DNA of 64,000 bases from Camelus dromedarius (lineage: Eukaryota). The notes beneath the pieces were generated by a model. That model ran no database searches, had not been told where the DNA came from, and saw only the letters and a program-made list of their open reading frames with translations. Positions 1-13,849 of the stretch are shown in pieces. Location: NCBI RefSeq assembly GCF_036321535.1, contig NC_087436.1, positions 109,122,001-109,186,000 on the forward strand, written 5' to 3'. How positions within the stretch are numbered: the first letter of the stretch is position 1; each line of letters starts with the position of its first letter. A program made the position numbers and the translations under genes.

Positions 1-149
1 AATTCATACTTGTTTGGAGAGTTTAAAAACACAGATGTAGATCCTATGCAGAAGCGTTGCCAGCGACTATGATAAACAGTATAATTTAGCTGATATTTTA
101 ACATGATCTTGTTATTCTCAGATCTCACTGTCTAAAATGCCAGGAAAAA

Positions 150-390
150 GAAAATGGTTTTAAGCTGCAACTGGAGAAAACTGGGTAATAATATAAAGTT
201 GAAAGGGTTTTAATCCAGTTTGGAAATTAATAGAGGTAAGCAAAAAAGTTACGGGAAGTTCTCTCCGAAGATGTTTAAGAGCAAGATAAATGTCCATCTG
301 TCTAGGATAGTTTTATTGTGGCTTGCCTGGAGGAAGAGGAATGAGATCTGCTAATTTGCAAAATTTCCACAGCATCAATTTCATGTTGTC
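150..390 (+). mobile_element. CR1/L3 LINE 3' end relic
   Basis: gaagatgtttaagagcaagataaatgtccatctgtctaggatagttt resembles the CR1/L3 ORF2 end and 3' UTR. Confidence 0.55.
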
Positions 391-1539
391 AGGATGCTGC
401 CTTGAGCGTATTTAGCCAATCCACACGATCAAAGCAAGTGCTTCCAGTGAAAATCTGATCACTGGAATTTGCTCTAAATAAGGCCTGAAAATGGGGGTAA
501 ATCCAATAAACCCAGTACAGTGCACCCAACTGATCTTTTAGACACTGCTTTGCAAAGTATCGGCTTGATGCAACTAAAGTACACATTCCTTCTGAGCAGC
601 CTTCTTCTTCCTCTTTAACTCTGTGAATGACTCAGAACACTAGCCATCGTGGCACCAGGCCGGGTTGTCCAAGTTATAAACGCACACACTGGAATGACGG
701 ATAGGACCAAAGCTCCGTGTCTCTCCTTCTCATATTGAATACTAATAATATTATTAATGTCAATATCTATGGACTTTATTTTAAAGTCATTACTTGATGA
801 CCATTTACCATGTTAATAATAATATGAATTAAAATTTACTCTCAGTTCTAACATATTTTTACCAGGTATCTTTCTTAACTTTTAATGATAAAACTAAACC
901 TCACACAAAGTCCCAGGCAATTGAACTTTTTTTTTGAATAATGTAGTCTGAACTATTTTTAATTATAGCAAAATGCCTTTTAACTGTAAACTTCTGGCAA
1001 ATTGTAAATATTATCCCATTTAATTAAATGAACTTATAAATGCACCGTGGTGTTTCAGTGTTGTCCTCGTGGCCTTTCATTCTCTGAAATGAAAGGCAGT
1101 AAGATCAGCAGGCTTTGCATTGCTCTTAATAAATTCTTTCTCAATTCACCTTTACCTACCACTACTCACCAACACACGATATAAACCAGCCTTGTAGAGT
1201 CCTTTATATGTTTTCCTTCAGTCTTTCTTTTCTAAAATATTTCCTGGTAACTTCAAGCAATCCTGTTACCTGTTTCTTTCCTCAGTCCCTGTAGCACTGA
1301 ATAACTTGTTTACAAATGAAGGTCTTGTGTATATTCATTTAGTACTTTCTGATGTATTTTCTTGTTGCGTTTTGTAGCTCGGTGTCTAGTTGACCCGGGA
1401 TAAACACGGGTCCAGTGTATCTCTTTCTCAGGCTGCAGATTAGTTCCTGTTTTACTTTCCCGTCTCCTTCCTGTGTGCCCTTTTCAGTGCTAACCTCTAG
1501 CACTTGATTAGTGAATACTAATGAAACAGTAGACTGTAT

Positions 1540-1730
1540 TTCATAGCATTTTACTGTTTTAAAAGATTTTTTTCACATTATCTTTCGCTAATAACCACAA
1601 CAAATGCAAGCAGCTACTATATTCATCTTATAAAGGGCTCAGTGAAGTTTAGTGATTCGCCATGTCTATAAATCCAGAAAACAGTGAAAGATTCTGAGAC
1701 CCCAGTTCTAAACTCATCTCATGGTACACA
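1540..1730 (-). mobile_element. MIR SINE relic
   Basis: Degenerate reverse MIR core (ggctcagtgaagtttagtgattcgcc). Confidence 0.5.
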
Positions 1731-3492
1731 TAATAGTTGCATTTAGATTTGGGGGGAAAATGATGCATGTGGAGAAAAATATTTCAAAATTCCTGCTAAG
1801 TCAACACTGCATTCCTCAAAGTACGCTGGTGAGCATCTCACTTTTCTTTTTCTCTCTAAACTTTTAAAATCACATTTTTTAGAGAATAAATAAAGAGGAA
1901 TTAAGGAAGAATCCCACCATGACCGGTATCTCACTCCCAAATGCATCCTTAAATATGGGAGAAGGATTACTTATAGACTTGGGTTCCCTAAATATCTTCA
2001 CTAAGATTAAAAGCCACCTGTTTTAAGGGCTTAGAAACAATACTATCATAAGATTGCAAGTGCCATTCCCAAAGGGTGGTCAACTTTGGCCATTACTATC
2101 CTTTCACAGGGACATACAGGCAACTGGGGTGGGTTGTGACATATGTTGTTCTGACCAGACATAATACACAGAGACAGTTTTGAACACCCTACATCTCTGA
2201 ATCTATCTGATGACTTCCCTAAGTCTTCATTAGAGACAATTAAAAAGAAAGCAAATAAGATCTCTTAAACATGTAAATGCTAGTAAAACCCAAGGACCAG
2301 GATTTTGATGGTTCTACACATTTATACCTAGAAGTCTGTATTTTTCTGTCTTTACCTGCACACTTAGAAATCACAGATTTGAAACAGAAACCATTTATGT
2401 TGAGGAGAAGACATGGGGATCATCCCTTGTAGCTACACGAACAGTCGTCTTCTCTGAGGAAGGGAAACATCTGTCTCACTTTCGCTACTGGAGAAATATT
2501 GTTGGATCCCACCATGAAGAACTCCGAATGTAAGTTAATTCTTGAAAAATGCCTGCCCTGTTTACTACTAGCTAAGAAATACTGAATTCCTCATAGTTAA
2601 TCTCAGCACACAGGGGCTCCCCCACCGCCATTCCAAACTAATGTAAAAGCTAAGGAAAATGTTTTACATCCTAGATTCACAGTCAGTCAAAACCCATCAT
2701 TTTAAAAGGATAATATGGTATTTTAAAATTTATTAAGATATATATCAACAATATTAGGATTGTCACTGTGATCTTAAATCTGATATCTACTGAGCTATGC
2801 ACACTTGGAAAAACACATCTACACGAGGCAGTAGATTAAAGATTTGTCAAGGGAAAATACAGAAACATAGTTTCCTTTTCCTTTGTTCTTTATTTTGCTG
2901 TTAAAGAAGGCTATACATATATTCTTTCATAAAGGTGTAAGAGGGAAAAGATGTAAGAAAAATATTCACACAAAGGGAAAGACAATTTTCTCATTCTCAT
3001 ACTGTTGGCATTTAATGAAAATGGTGATCTAAAAGCTACTTTAAAAAGCTGTAGCTCTGGGCCACAAGTATCTCTAAGAAGAAAATATTATCTACTCTTT
3101 CCAGAAAAAAAAATAGTTTATATTCTGCATTCCCAATAAACACTGATAACAACCAAAAAAGGAGTTACTGAAATAAACTGACAGTAGGAGGGAAGAAAAT
3201 ACATTGTAAATACCTTTTAATCAAATAATTTCTTTCAGTTTCACAAGATTAATCATAAGGTTTAAAGAATGAATTCGGTAACAACTTCAGTTTCAAGACA
3301 TCTTCTAAATGACAGTCTCTTCAGATAGCTTGTGAAAACAATTTAAAACTTATTGTTATGAGCTCTCCTAAGGAAGCATAAAGATGTATGGGCTTTAATC
3401 ATTTTTTGCCTGACATTTTATTTAATACAAGTTAAATTCAGAAAGTGGATAACTCTTTTAAAAATAGTATAAATTAGAAAAAAAATACTTAC

Positions 3493-3564
3493 AGATTTTT
3501 AATATCAACTGCCCCACGGAAAGCTTTCCTTGGAATTGCCTGAATTTGGTTTTCACTGAGGTCA
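3493..3564 (-). CDS. SLIT2: Slit homolog 2, internal 72-nt LRR coding exon (exon 5 by human numbering), phase 2-2
   Basis: Minus strand reads ctttttcttttttgttatttttag|T GAC CTC AGT GAA AAC CAA ATT CAG GCA ATT CCA AGG AAA GCT TTC CGT GGG GCA GTT GAT ATT AAA AAT CT|gtaagt = (L)[23 protein letters not shown](L), matching the SLIT2 first LRR domain as I recall it; canonical splice sites; 24-codon LRR exon size. Confidence 0.97.
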
Positions 3565-5924
3565 CTAAAAATAACAAAAAAGAAAAAGATCAAGTTATAA
3601 ATACTACTTAAGAATTATTTTAATCACAATGTGTTTGAGAAGTGGTAGAGCACTTTGAAAAAAAGAAAGCTGAGAAATACTAAAGGATCATAGTTAAATC
3701 CACAGCATTAGATGCCATTTCTAATACTTGCATTAGAAATATAATATAATACACATGAATAACATATGAGTATAAATGAAAAGTTGGACTAAATAATTTC
3801 TTGAAGTAGAGTTTCAGATCTTTAATTTCATAATAAATTATTAAATATGGTTCTCTTAAATTTAAGAGCTGATTCACCTCTGTGTAATACAATATTTCCT
3901 TAAAACAAATAAAAAATTGTTCATAACAACTTCAAGGAGCTCTGGTTTTAGAACTTGATATTTCTCCAACATCACTAACATAATTTCAGAAGTATATAGG
4001 GAAATAGTCCATCCTAGGCAAGACTGGGCAAGAACTGATAAAACCTGGGCCATAAGATTAGGTTTTCATCGTGCTTTCAGTAATCTTGAAAATGGAACAT
4101 GGCAACAGTGGCCCGACAATAAAACCCACAGTTCTTGCATGAAATATTAACAGCAAGTTGATTTAGAACCTTCTTTAAATAATTCTATTATAACCATAAA
4201 CACAGACTGTCTATATTTGCATTTTAATTTAATTGAGAAATACATTTTAATCAAGGGGAAAAAGCACTCTTTGAGTAGAAATGAGAGTTTGTAAAAATCA
4301 CTCATCTCGTGAAATGGATCATTATTTTCCCTTCAGAGTTCAGAGGCAGTTCTGTGAGCTCACAGTATTAGTAGCCTTAACCCGTTGGATATAAATACAC
4401 ACACACAAGAAATGTCACTGAAAACAGAACACTTTAAGCAATGCTACCACATAACAGAAAGCTGAACTATCAAATAAAAAAAACTGTTAAAGTAACAATG
4501 AGGGCACAAAAATTATCTTTAAAATTCTAAGATAACTGACGCTCACAAAGAAAGATGAAGCTACTGACCACAGGTGCATGGCTGATGAAACAGAGCCATT
4601 TTCCAATTATGTGGAGGCACAGTGGACGGATTCGTCCGCACCCTCTCCCCCAGCGCTTCTTAGGACCGGAGTGGGTTGCTCACACACTTGTGGCCACGCA
4701 ACAGAGAGAACTGGCAGATGCAGAGATTTAGTGTGTGGTTTTGACCTCATTAGCACTGAGTTTTAAACAACTAAGATTTGCATTTATATCTTAATATCCG
4801 CAACGTTCAAATAAAAAAAAATGTTTGCTAAGCAATCTGTAGAGGAATAAATGGTAGTCTATTGAAAGAGTAAAGGTCCTTAGCGAACAGAAAAGAAAAA
4901 CACACACATGATTTATTACAAACAATACATTTGCAGTACGTGCTTATGTAGGGGTTAAGGCAGCCATTCATTTCCTAAGTGATGTAGCTCTGTAACTTTC
5001 AATCGCTTCTGTATATTCTTAAGAGTAATAAAAATTCATTTCCCCCAAAATTGCTTATTTCTCCAGCTTGTCATTGATTCAGACTGATTTCCTTCCTTTG
5101 TTTAATGACATCGAGTTACAAATGTTTAATAGTATATATTTAAAAGCCTTGATGCTAGAAACAGTGCTCAAAAGAGGCTGCTGAGCTAGAAGAAGGTAAA
5201 GAGAGATACTGGAGAAGGAAAAATCAGAAAGTAGTAAGAAATGAGGAGAGAAAAAATTGAATTCAAGCACATTTAAATCTATAGCACTCCCTGAAAATCA
5301 ACGTTTTTACTGTTGTGTGTCAAGTCAATGTTTTCTCATCACTTTTTTTTTCCCGACTTCTCTGAAAACAAAGCCTGCGTTAGAGCCTGTAGGTGCCTAG
5401 AAATGGCGGAGAGGTTTGCCTCAGATCTTGCCGGCTTCCCAAGCTCTGCAGTCTTCACCTCCCACCAGCTGGGGTCATTTCATTCGCCACCTGCGATCCC
5501 AGCTCTTCTCAGTTTATAGGCACAGTTGTTCTAGGGTCGTGGTCTCAAACGGGGGGAGGGTGTGGTGGGAGGAAAGTCAGGAGGATGACCTTAGGTGGCT
5601 CATAGAGACATCACTGAAGAGCACTGAAACACACAGTCAGAACAGCATCCCTTCTGGATTTGATCTTAGCCCTTTTGATTCCCGTAGGCAGAATTCTAGG
5701 GCAGAGAAGGGTTTTATTCTGCTAACACTTACCATCTTTTCTTTTGACATAAAAGAGAGGGATGGTCAGGATCAGAGCCTCCCTAAAGTCAATGGTTTAT
5801 GTGCCTCTGCCCCCTGCGTAGACTATTCCATGGGGTCTCTGCTCCTGCACCCAGCTCACTCCAGCAGGGAACTTCAGTCAAGTGAGCAATGTTCACCCAA
5901 GAACAGAGGAAGAAACTTAACAAG

Positions 5925-6090
5925 TTGTCAGTACCTGCTGTGTGTAATGCTTAAATTTTTAGAAATAATATAATATGAAATTTACATTCTTTAATCCACA
6001 TAGCCATCTTGTGAAGTAGGTATCACTATTACTGATATTATTATTATTATTATTATTAAAGAAACCAAGCTTCAGAGATGTCAGGTGTTA
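5925..6090 (-). mobile_element. MIR SINE relic with (ATT)n
   Basis: tttaatccacatagccatcttgtgaagtaggtatcactatt ... gaaaccaagcttcagagatg. Confidence 0.55.
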
Positions 6091-7194
6091 GTGCTAAACA
6101 ATGATACAAAGAGTTAAAGTAGATGTAGAGGAAATCCAGGTAAATGTTGAGCCAAGATGCAGGGACTTCTAAGGATGACGCGGGGGCTACTTAAGTCATC
6201 TCAGTATGTCCTTCTTAAGGCTTAAAAGTTAGGAGATATTTTTCTTAATTTATCCTAGCCTCTGACTTACATCATTTGCACTTTTATGTGAAATAAATGG
6301 CACAAGAGAGTGTATGGAGGTGGAAAAACAGAACTTTTCATGAGAGCAGCTTTTGGTCTGGTTTGCTTAGAAGGTATAACACGCAGTGGAGTAATAGGAG
6401 CTGAGGTTAGAAGGAAAAGTCAGTGGTGTGATGAGCAGACACATTGGTCCTGATTGAAGAGTGAGTGCTTATTTCAGCAGACGCTGGGAGAGGGGGAGAG
6501 TGGTGGACGGAAGCAGGACAGAGGCTCTTCCCTAGATTAAACTGGCAATGAAACTTAGAATGAACATGGGGGTCAAAGACTCAAATGTGGATGACTGGCT
6601 ACAAGACTTCTATGATAGTTGGGGAGGAACTAGTGAGGATATCATACAATATAATAACCATCAATATAATACTCGCTTGCCCTGGGCTGGTTCACGGATG
6701 AGGCATCTCCCAGCCTATAGACAGAAAAGGTGCAGACTATTAAGAATGGCATCAGGGATGCATGAAGAACCAAAGCTTAGAAGTGAATTGTATGTAGATA
6801 CGGATCAGGCAGGGAAGAGAGAGGAGACAGAAGTCATTCTGAATCCAGAATAGAGGAACTATAAACAAAATTGGGAAATGAGAATTTGTCGTGTCTGTTA
6901 TGAGTTTGGTTGTGGGAATTTTTCAGTCTAGTTAGAGAGATGTGATTTATGTCTCACCGTCTGATGACAACAGAGCTGGTACAGGGTAAGTAAGCATGAG
7001 TGGTATCTGAGAAAAGTGATTCAGGAGACCAGAGAGGAACAGTTATTGGAGGATTGACTGATTCAGGCCACTTTCAAAACAGAAAGGGGATTTTTTGGAA
7101 CATGATTAAAATGACTGAGCTTGGCAGTTCTCATCCCCCAGTGCTGGTAGGGGTGGGTGGCCGAAATCCAAGGAGAGGGGAAGAATGCTGGAGG

Positions 7195-7425
7195 AACTAA
7201 GGGCATGGGCTGCAGACTGAGACTATTTGAAGTTGAATTCTTTAGTTCTGCCATTTATGAACCATGCGACTTTGGGAAAATTGCATATGTTTTCTGTACC
7301 TCAGTTTCTTCATCTGTAAAATGAAACAATAACAGTGCCTATATCATAGGACTGTTAGGTGGATTCAATGAAATCATGCTCTTAAAGTGATCAAAAAGTA
7401 CCTGACACACAGTGGTTACTCTAGA
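7195..7425 (+). mobile_element. MIR SINE
   Basis: Clear core tctgtacctcagtttcttcatctgtaaaatgaaacaataacagtgcctatatcatagg. Confidence 0.85.
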
Positions 7426-8027
7426 GGTGTTGTTTAAACACAGGTTACAATTATTTTACTCGGAGACTTTGCTATGTGCCCCTAAGTATATCTGCTCTGC
7501 TCCTTGAAGACCATCATAGACAATGTGAGCCATTACTGATGGGAGTGCATTCTTCTGTGAACTATGGGAAATGAGAAAAATGAGTCAGAACCACTGAGTT
7601 GGCGGAATGAAGCTGCCAAGGGAAGAGTTTGTAATTATATCACGAAGCAATAGAGTAGAAAAATGTGTTTCAGAGTAGGAAAATGGCTTGACTGGAGTTG
7701 ATTTTTAGGAAGATTAATCTGGAAATTGAATTTCAGAGCAGGCAGCGAGTGGCACTGGGCAGTGTTGTGGAGAAATGGTGGGTCTCCAGCAACCGAGGCA
7801 ATTCTTTTTGGAGAGCATTAAATCATAAAAGTTGAGGGTTGGGCTTAGTTCCAGATATAAGGTCTTTGATGCAAGTTAAGGTGTTTGTCATCTTGAGGAA
7901 AGTTTGGAACCACTCAAATTTTCTGAGTAAGGGAATATCAAAATACAAAAAGTACAAAAAGTGTTCGTAGAAAACAACTGGTAATTGGGGAGCTGGGACA
8001 TAGAATATACTGGCTTTGTAATTTTTT

Positions 8028-9802
8028 GGACACAAATAAATGGAAGGATATTACATGCTCATGGATTAGAAGAACTAATATTGCTAGAATATCCAAAGTG
8101 ATCTACAAATTCAATGCAATCCTTATCAAAATTCCAGTGGCATTTTTCACAAAAATAGAACAAACAATACTAAAATGACTTTGGAACCACAAAAAACCCT
8201 GAATAGTCAATGTCATCCTGAGACAGAAGAACAGAGGCGGAGGCATCACATTCGCTGATTTCAAGCTATACTACAAAGCTATAGTGATAAAAACAGCAAG
8301 GTATTGGCAGAAAAACAGACAGATCAATGGAACAGAATTGAGAGCCCAGAAATGAATCTGTACATATATGGAACATTAATTTATGACAAAAGAGCAAAGA
8401 ACATTCAATGGAGAAAGGACAATCTCTTCAATAAGTGGTTTTGGAAAACTGCACTGCCACATGCGACAGAATGAAACCGGACCACTAACATCATACATAG
8501 AAATGAACTCAAAATGCATTCAAGACTTCGACATAAGATTTGAAACCATAAAACTCCTAGAAGAAAACATAGATGGTAAACACCTTGACATTGGTTTTAG
8601 CAATGACCTTTTTAGGTTTGACACCAACAGTAAAGGCAACAAAAGCAAAAAATAAACAAGTGGGACTACATCAGACTAAAAAGCTTCTGCACAGCAAAGA
8701 AAACCATCAAAAAATGAAGAGGCAATCTACAGAATGGGAGAAAATATTTGCCAAACATATTTGATAAGGGATTAATATCCGTAACATGCAAAAAAGTAAT
8801 ACTACCAAATAACAGAGAAACAAATGACCCAATAGAAAAATGGGCAGAGGACCTGGATAGACATTTTCCAAGGAAGACATAAAGGCACATGAAAAGATGC
8901 TCAACATCACTAACAATTAGGAAAATGTAAATCAAAATCACAATGAGATATCACCTCACCCCTCTCAGAATGGCTGTTATCAAAAGGACAATGCATAACA
9001 CGTGCCGGCAAGGTGTGGAGGAAAAGGAATACTTTTGCTCTGTGGGAGGGAATGTAAATTGGTGCAGCCACTAAGGAAAACAGTACAGCAGGTTCTCAAT
9101 AGACTAAAAATAGATCTACCATATGATCCAGCAATCCTGCTCCTGGGTGCAGATTCGGTGGAAACAAAATCACTCACTTGAAAGGACATCTGCAACTCCA
9201 TGTTCACTGCAGCATTATTCACAGTAGCCAAGACACAGAAACAACCTAAGTGCCCATCAGAGGGTGAATGGATAAAAAAATGAATGCAAATACACACACA
9301 CGCACACACACACACACACAGGAGTATCACTGAGCCATGACACGGAAGGAAATCCTGCATGGACAGACCCTGAGGGCACATGCTAAGCGCAATAAGTCGA
9401 ACACAGAAAGACAAATACTATATGATCTCACTTAGATGTGGAATCAAATAAAAGTGAAACACATGGAAAGAGAGAAAAGATTGGTGGTTGCCCGAGGTGG
9501 GAAGCGGGAGATGGGAGAAATGGGTGACGGTAGTCAAAAGGTACAAACCCCCAGTTACAAGATTACTATGTTCCTGGGATGTAATGTACACGGTGACTAT
9601 ACTTAACAGTAATGTACTGTATATCTGAAGATGCCAAGAAGGTAAATCTTAAAAGTTCTTATCAAAAAAATGTTTTAACTATGTGAGGATGTCAACAAAC
9701 TTATTGCAGTGATCATTTTGTAATATTTTGAATAATTCTGTTGTCCACATTAAATGAATATCATGTTATATGTCAATAAACCTTGGAAAATACAAAAAAA
9801 AA
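8028..9802 (+). mobile_element. 5'-truncated L1 (ORF2 C-terminal part, 3' UTR and A tail), L1MA/L1MB-like
   Basis: Typical L1 ORF2 motifs (gatttcaagctatactacaaagctatagt, atgagatatcacctcacc, ccatatgatccagcaatcctgctcctggg); ORF fragments 8383-8655 and 8573-8764 are decayed ORF2; ends aataaa...aaaaaaaa. Confidence 0.95.
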
Positions 9803-10169
9803 GTTACTGCAAATGCTCAGGCATAATCTGGAATTTGGCTCATGAATTAAAAATACTGATGCCCTGAAAATTAAAAGACTGGTCTCTTCATTTCCTGACA
9901 TGATAAAGAGGTGTCCCATTCTAAAGCTAATCTCGATAGGCTGGATATGAACAAAGGTGGACATAAGTGATTTCAAAAGGAAAGGTTCTACGTACTTGGT
10001 ATCTGCACGGTTGGAAAGATTTAGGTCTCCCAGAGCCAGGGCTGAGAAGCAGTCGTCATGGTCATCAGCCAGGAAACCCTGAAGTTTTCCATTTTGGATC
10101 TTCCCGCTTCTACCACATGCAACGCATTCACAAAACGACCCCAGCAGCGTCTTCAATCAAGCCCCTTCT

Positions 10170-10330
10170 TCGTGTTCTCTACTGCCATGATCCCCGTGGA
10201 ACAGTTATCACCATTTCATCCACGGCTGCAATTCCAAACTGATGTCTGTGCCACAATGTATGACCCCTTCCAATGCATCCTCCACATTGGCACTACAGTT
10301 ATATTTCCAAAATGGAAAGGTGGAGGTTTT
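10170..10330 (+). mobile_element. L2 fragment
   Basis: ccccttccaatgcatcctccacattggcactacagttatatttccaaaatg resembles L2. Confidence 0.55.
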
Positions 10331-10439
10331 AGTTTATCTTGTGTCTATAGAATTCCTGCCATATGACCAGCCTTTAATAAGCAAAAGTTTATGGAAAGGA
10401 GGTAGAGAAAAGAAAAAGAACTTCTGAAAAAAAAAATCT

Positions 10440-10740
10440 TACAAAACATGGCAACTTGCTGGATGTGTGTGAGTAAGGAAGGGGGGAGATAAGTACAAAC
10501 CTGTGGCTGGAGCCCTGACAACTAGCAAAATCTAGCATTACAGACACAGCCAGGGGAACTCAGGAAAGGAAGCTGGATTCCTGAAAGGACTTTAAATATA
10601 CTGATGTCATGGCAACACAGGAGAGGTAAATGCCAGTGTTTCACAAAGTCTTGGAGACATTAAACTAGAGCTCAGTAAAGAGGTCAGAGGGAGAAGCACA
10701 GACTCACCAGTCTTTGCACCACAGTGAGATCCGAACTAGG
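10440..10740 (-). mobile_element. L2 fragment
   Basis: ggcaacttgctggatgtg ... actagagctcagtaaagaggtcagaggg reverse L2 pattern. Confidence 0.45.
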
Positions 10741-11389
10741 CGCTGCACATATAAATCTCCTTTCAGATGGTGTGCACTGACGAATTTCATATTTGCAGGT
10801 TATTTTCCCCAAGAACCGAGGCATAGTGCACTCTAGATTTCAATATCTGAAGGTTGGAAAGTCAGCTGTGTGCTTTCCACACTCTCACTTCTGTTCTCTC
10901 ATTCATGCATTCAAAAGCATTGACAGCATAAAATCTGATGTCATCATTGCTTTGTGATAATTCTCTGCTTCTTACATGGTATGTTTTTAACCAACTACGT
11001 GACAGCCGCTTCTTGATAAACGGCGCTGTGTTCGACATATAACCCTTCTCTTCGTGGTTTTAATAAAATCCTGTGTAGAAGAGGTTCCTGTGTCACACCA
11101 AGTCAGATGTAAGAAAGGTCTCTTTTGAGGGATCACGGGTACTGTTCCTCCACTGAACACTGTGTTGTCACAGGGACCTGCAGCACCTCCTGTACTCAGC
11201 AACCAGAGCTTTCCTGAACACAGCAGTAATACTATACATCTGTTTTTCTTCTAATCTCTAATATGCTTTGATAACAGTGCCCTCTTGCACTTAATAAAAA
11301 GTGTGAATAGAAGATTTTACACAATTTACCAACTCCACAGATACTCCAGTGTGAACCTGTGTTCAATTTAGAATGGATGAAATAAGATA

Positions 11390-11620
11390 ATACTCAAAGC
11401 TAACATGCATCAGGCAATTATTAACTCCCAGGCAACACACTGTGATTTATTTAAGGGTTTCTGTAATCATATCAGAAAGTACTCTTTTATTTCCATTTGG
11501 AGGGAAGGAACTGACATTTACGGAGGTTACATAATCTAGCTGCAGCCATACAGTCAGTAAGCGGTGTAGCAGGGATTTGAACTTGGCTCTGCTGTTATCC
11601 AAACCTCATACACTTAACCG
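11390..11620 (-). mobile_element. MIR SINE
   Basis: ccattt..gaggga aggaactga...gaggttacataat...cagtaag...agggatttgaact. Confidence 0.7.
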
Positions 11621-11669
11621 CTGCTGCCCTGCTTCATAAAGGCAGTGGCTTCTGTAGTTCAATGACCCG

Positions 11670-11862
11670 GGAGCTGTGGTTTCAAAGCGTGGTTCTATGA
11701 TCACCCAAAAGAATCCCCTGGGGAGGTTGTTTTAAAAAACAGGCTTCCTGCTTCCACCAGAGATGCCAGGCCATATCTCTTAGGGAGAGGTCCAGGAACC
11801 TGTGTTGTTAACAAATCAGGTCTGCTAGATAACTGTTATTCCCGTTGTCTTTGGAACCCATG
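11670..11862. mobile_element. MER5-type hAT-Charlie MITE relic
   Basis: gtggtttcaaagcgtggt...agaatcccctggggag...ggtccaggaacctgtgttgttaacaa...tttggaaccca. Confidence 0.6.
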
Positions 11863-12059
11863 TAATAAGTAGCCCACTGGAACATCTCCAATAAGTGGTA
11901 TATTCAAGTTTTTGTTTGATCTGTAAGCATGGCCTTCCTTTATGTGCATCCAGTTGGAAAGTAGTGAATGTCAACAGGAAATAAAATGAAAAGAACCATT
12001 AAAGCCAGAAAGAATATACCTAGTTCTCTGACCAGAGACAAGGGCTGGATAAGAGGCCG

Positions 12060-12185
12060 ATTTCTTCACGGTGGTGAAATATACACAGAATGACATTTAC
12101 CATTTTAAGCGTACAGTTCACTGGCACTAACTACACCCACACATTGTTGTATAACATCACCATCATCCAACTCCAGAATGTTTTG
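12060..12185 (-). mobile_element. Old L1 (L1MB-like) extreme 3' end
   Basis: gtggtgaaatatacacagaatgacatttaccattttaagcgtacagttca...catcaccatcatccaactccagaat. Confidence 0.75.
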
Positions 12186-12505
12186 AGAGGTTATTTTAAA
12201 GACTATTTTTTTGTTTTTTTGCATAATGTAAAACCTTACAACCAGGACACTAATCTTGAAATAATAAATAATTCACAATGTAAATAATTTTTATGCTTTC
12301 TCTTTCTTCTCTTCAAAATTGTACCATAGCATTGCCTCATATTAGCACTGATCTTTGCAAGTCATATTTAACTCACCATTTGGGTTACATATAAGCACTC
12401 CAATTAAGTGCATTCAAGGAGGACATACCTAATTCAACAGAGCCATCAGGTAATGAGAGATTTTAAAAATAGCACATGACAACAGATTTAAAAAAATAAC
12501 CTCCC

Positions 12506-12797
12506 CTAAATGGGGAGATGTCGGTCAAAGCATATAGACTTGGAGTTATAAGATGAACCAGTTCTGGTGGGGGGGGGTCTAAGGTACAGCATGATGATTA
12601 TAGTTAGTAATTGTGTTACTGTATACCCCCAAATTGCTAAGAAAATCAATCTTAAGTGTTCTCACCACTATGAGGTGATTTAGATATTAGCTAGCTATGG
12701 TGGTAATCATGTTGCAATATATAAGTGTATCAAATCAACAAACTGTACTCCTTAAACATTATGTGTCAATTATATTTCAATAAAACTAAAAAAAAAA
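12506..12797 (+). mobile_element. L1 3' UTR fragment with target-site duplication
   Basis: L1MA-like 3' UTR ending caataaaactaaaaaaaaaa; 15-bp TSD aaaaaataacctccc (12491-12505) / aaaaaatgacctccc (12792-12806), one mismatch, preceded by TT/AAAA. Confidence 0.9.
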
Positions 12798-12944
12798 TGA
12801 CCTCCCTGTGTACATTTTATGAGAAGGGCTCCTGAGCTAATAACCCATGTTTTATGATAACCATGTTTTTGTTGGCACATCTGAACACAGAGATAAACAC
12901 AATGGCCAGAGAACACCCCTGGGTGTCTGCAGTGGTATCCTGTC

Positions 12945-13200
12945 CTGTACTGAGACAGGTCTGGAATCAGGTTTTGGATGGCAATCCTTGGCGCCACTCC
13001 AGAAAACCATGTGATCATGTGACGTTGGTCAAGTTACTGAGACTCTCTGAATTAGGCTCTGTTCCTCTAATTCTAGAAGAGATATCAAGCACTGCTGGTC
13101 AGAGCTACTGCAAGGACTGAAGGATCTGACGCTTTCTATGTGGGCATGTGAAGTGTCTCACCCAGTCTTAGCACACAAAGGCACCACACATGTTACCTTC
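12945..13200 (+). mobile_element. MIR SINE relic
   Basis: atgtgacgttggtcaagttact...tctctga...; tail gtgaagtgtctcacccagtcttagcacaca. Confidence 0.55.
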
Positions 13201-13224
13201 CAGCACTTCAATTAGTTCAATTCA

Positions 13225-13400
13225 GCTCACTCCAAGAATTATTTATTGATGGAAGTGTGGAGCTGAAAACACTGCTAGTTCTTAGAAATAAAATATACGA
13301 ATAACATGGGTATGCTCTCAAGAAGCTCAGACTCAGAAAGAGAAAGCAAGCAGGTAAGGTGATCATTATACCACTGAACTGATAAAAACATACCAGTTTC
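13225..13400 (-). mobile_element. L2 3' end
   Basis: tatttattga...actgctagttcttagaaata...tgctctcaagaagctcagactc. Confidence 0.55.
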
Positions 13401-13554
13401 CTAAGGGGAGAAATAATTTTGTCATTGATTGGAAATATTTCATTTTGTCATTTTTGTCATTGATTGGAGTGTTGTGGATGGTAGATAGAAAAAAAAAAAA
13501 AGAAAACAAAAACAAAAAACCAAACCAAACAAAATAAACTTTGCTATGAAATTT

Positions 13555-13655
13555 CTTTTAAATTCTGCATTGCAATATAATTGACATATAACATTATATT
13601 AGCTTCAGGTATACAACATAATGATTCAGTATATGTGTATATTGTGAAATGATGG
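13555..13655 (-). mobile_element. L1 extreme 3' end
   Basis: atataattgacatataacattatattagcttcaggtatacaacataatgattcagtat. Confidence 0.8.
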
Positions 13656-13691
13656 AGTTTCTCAAGTTTATATATGGATTCATGGAAGACA

Positions 13692-13815
13692 CAGTTGACA
13701 CTTGAACATGAGTTTGACCTGCATGGGTCCACTTACGTGCAGGCTTTTTTCTGATAAATACACAATTGGATGTGGAACCCACGGATAGGGAGGGCTGAGG
13801 GCTGACTTTATGTGT
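13692..13815. mobile_element. Tigger2/MER8-like TcMar-Tigger fragment
   Basis: cagttgacacttgaaca...gggtccacttacgtgcagg...ggatgtggaacccacggatagggagggc. Confidence 0.75.
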
Positions 13816-13849
13816 ACACAATCTAATATACATGCATGCTTTCCCGTCA

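Larger units (their letters stand above)
1..3492 (-). other. SLIT2: 5' part of SLIT2 intron 5
   Basis: Begins with GTAAGT donor at 3492; the next exon (QLDYNQISCIEDG...) was not found in the window. Confidence 0.85.

Noticed and set aside
5416..5973. Longest ORF in the track (185 aa), and the other listed ORFs
   Set aside because: No recognisable protein family. This one is antisense to SLIT2 and runs into a MIR; the others are L1/L2/LTR remnants, microsatellite translations or chance frames.
10987..11080. Minus-strand acceptor-like ttctacacag followed by short open frames
   Set aside because: All frames stop quickly, there is no SLIT-like content and no convincing donor.
11967..11982. 16-mer aatgtcaacaggaaat repeated at 49031
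   Set aside because: About one such match is expected by chance in 64 kb of AT-rich DNA; the flanks do not extend.
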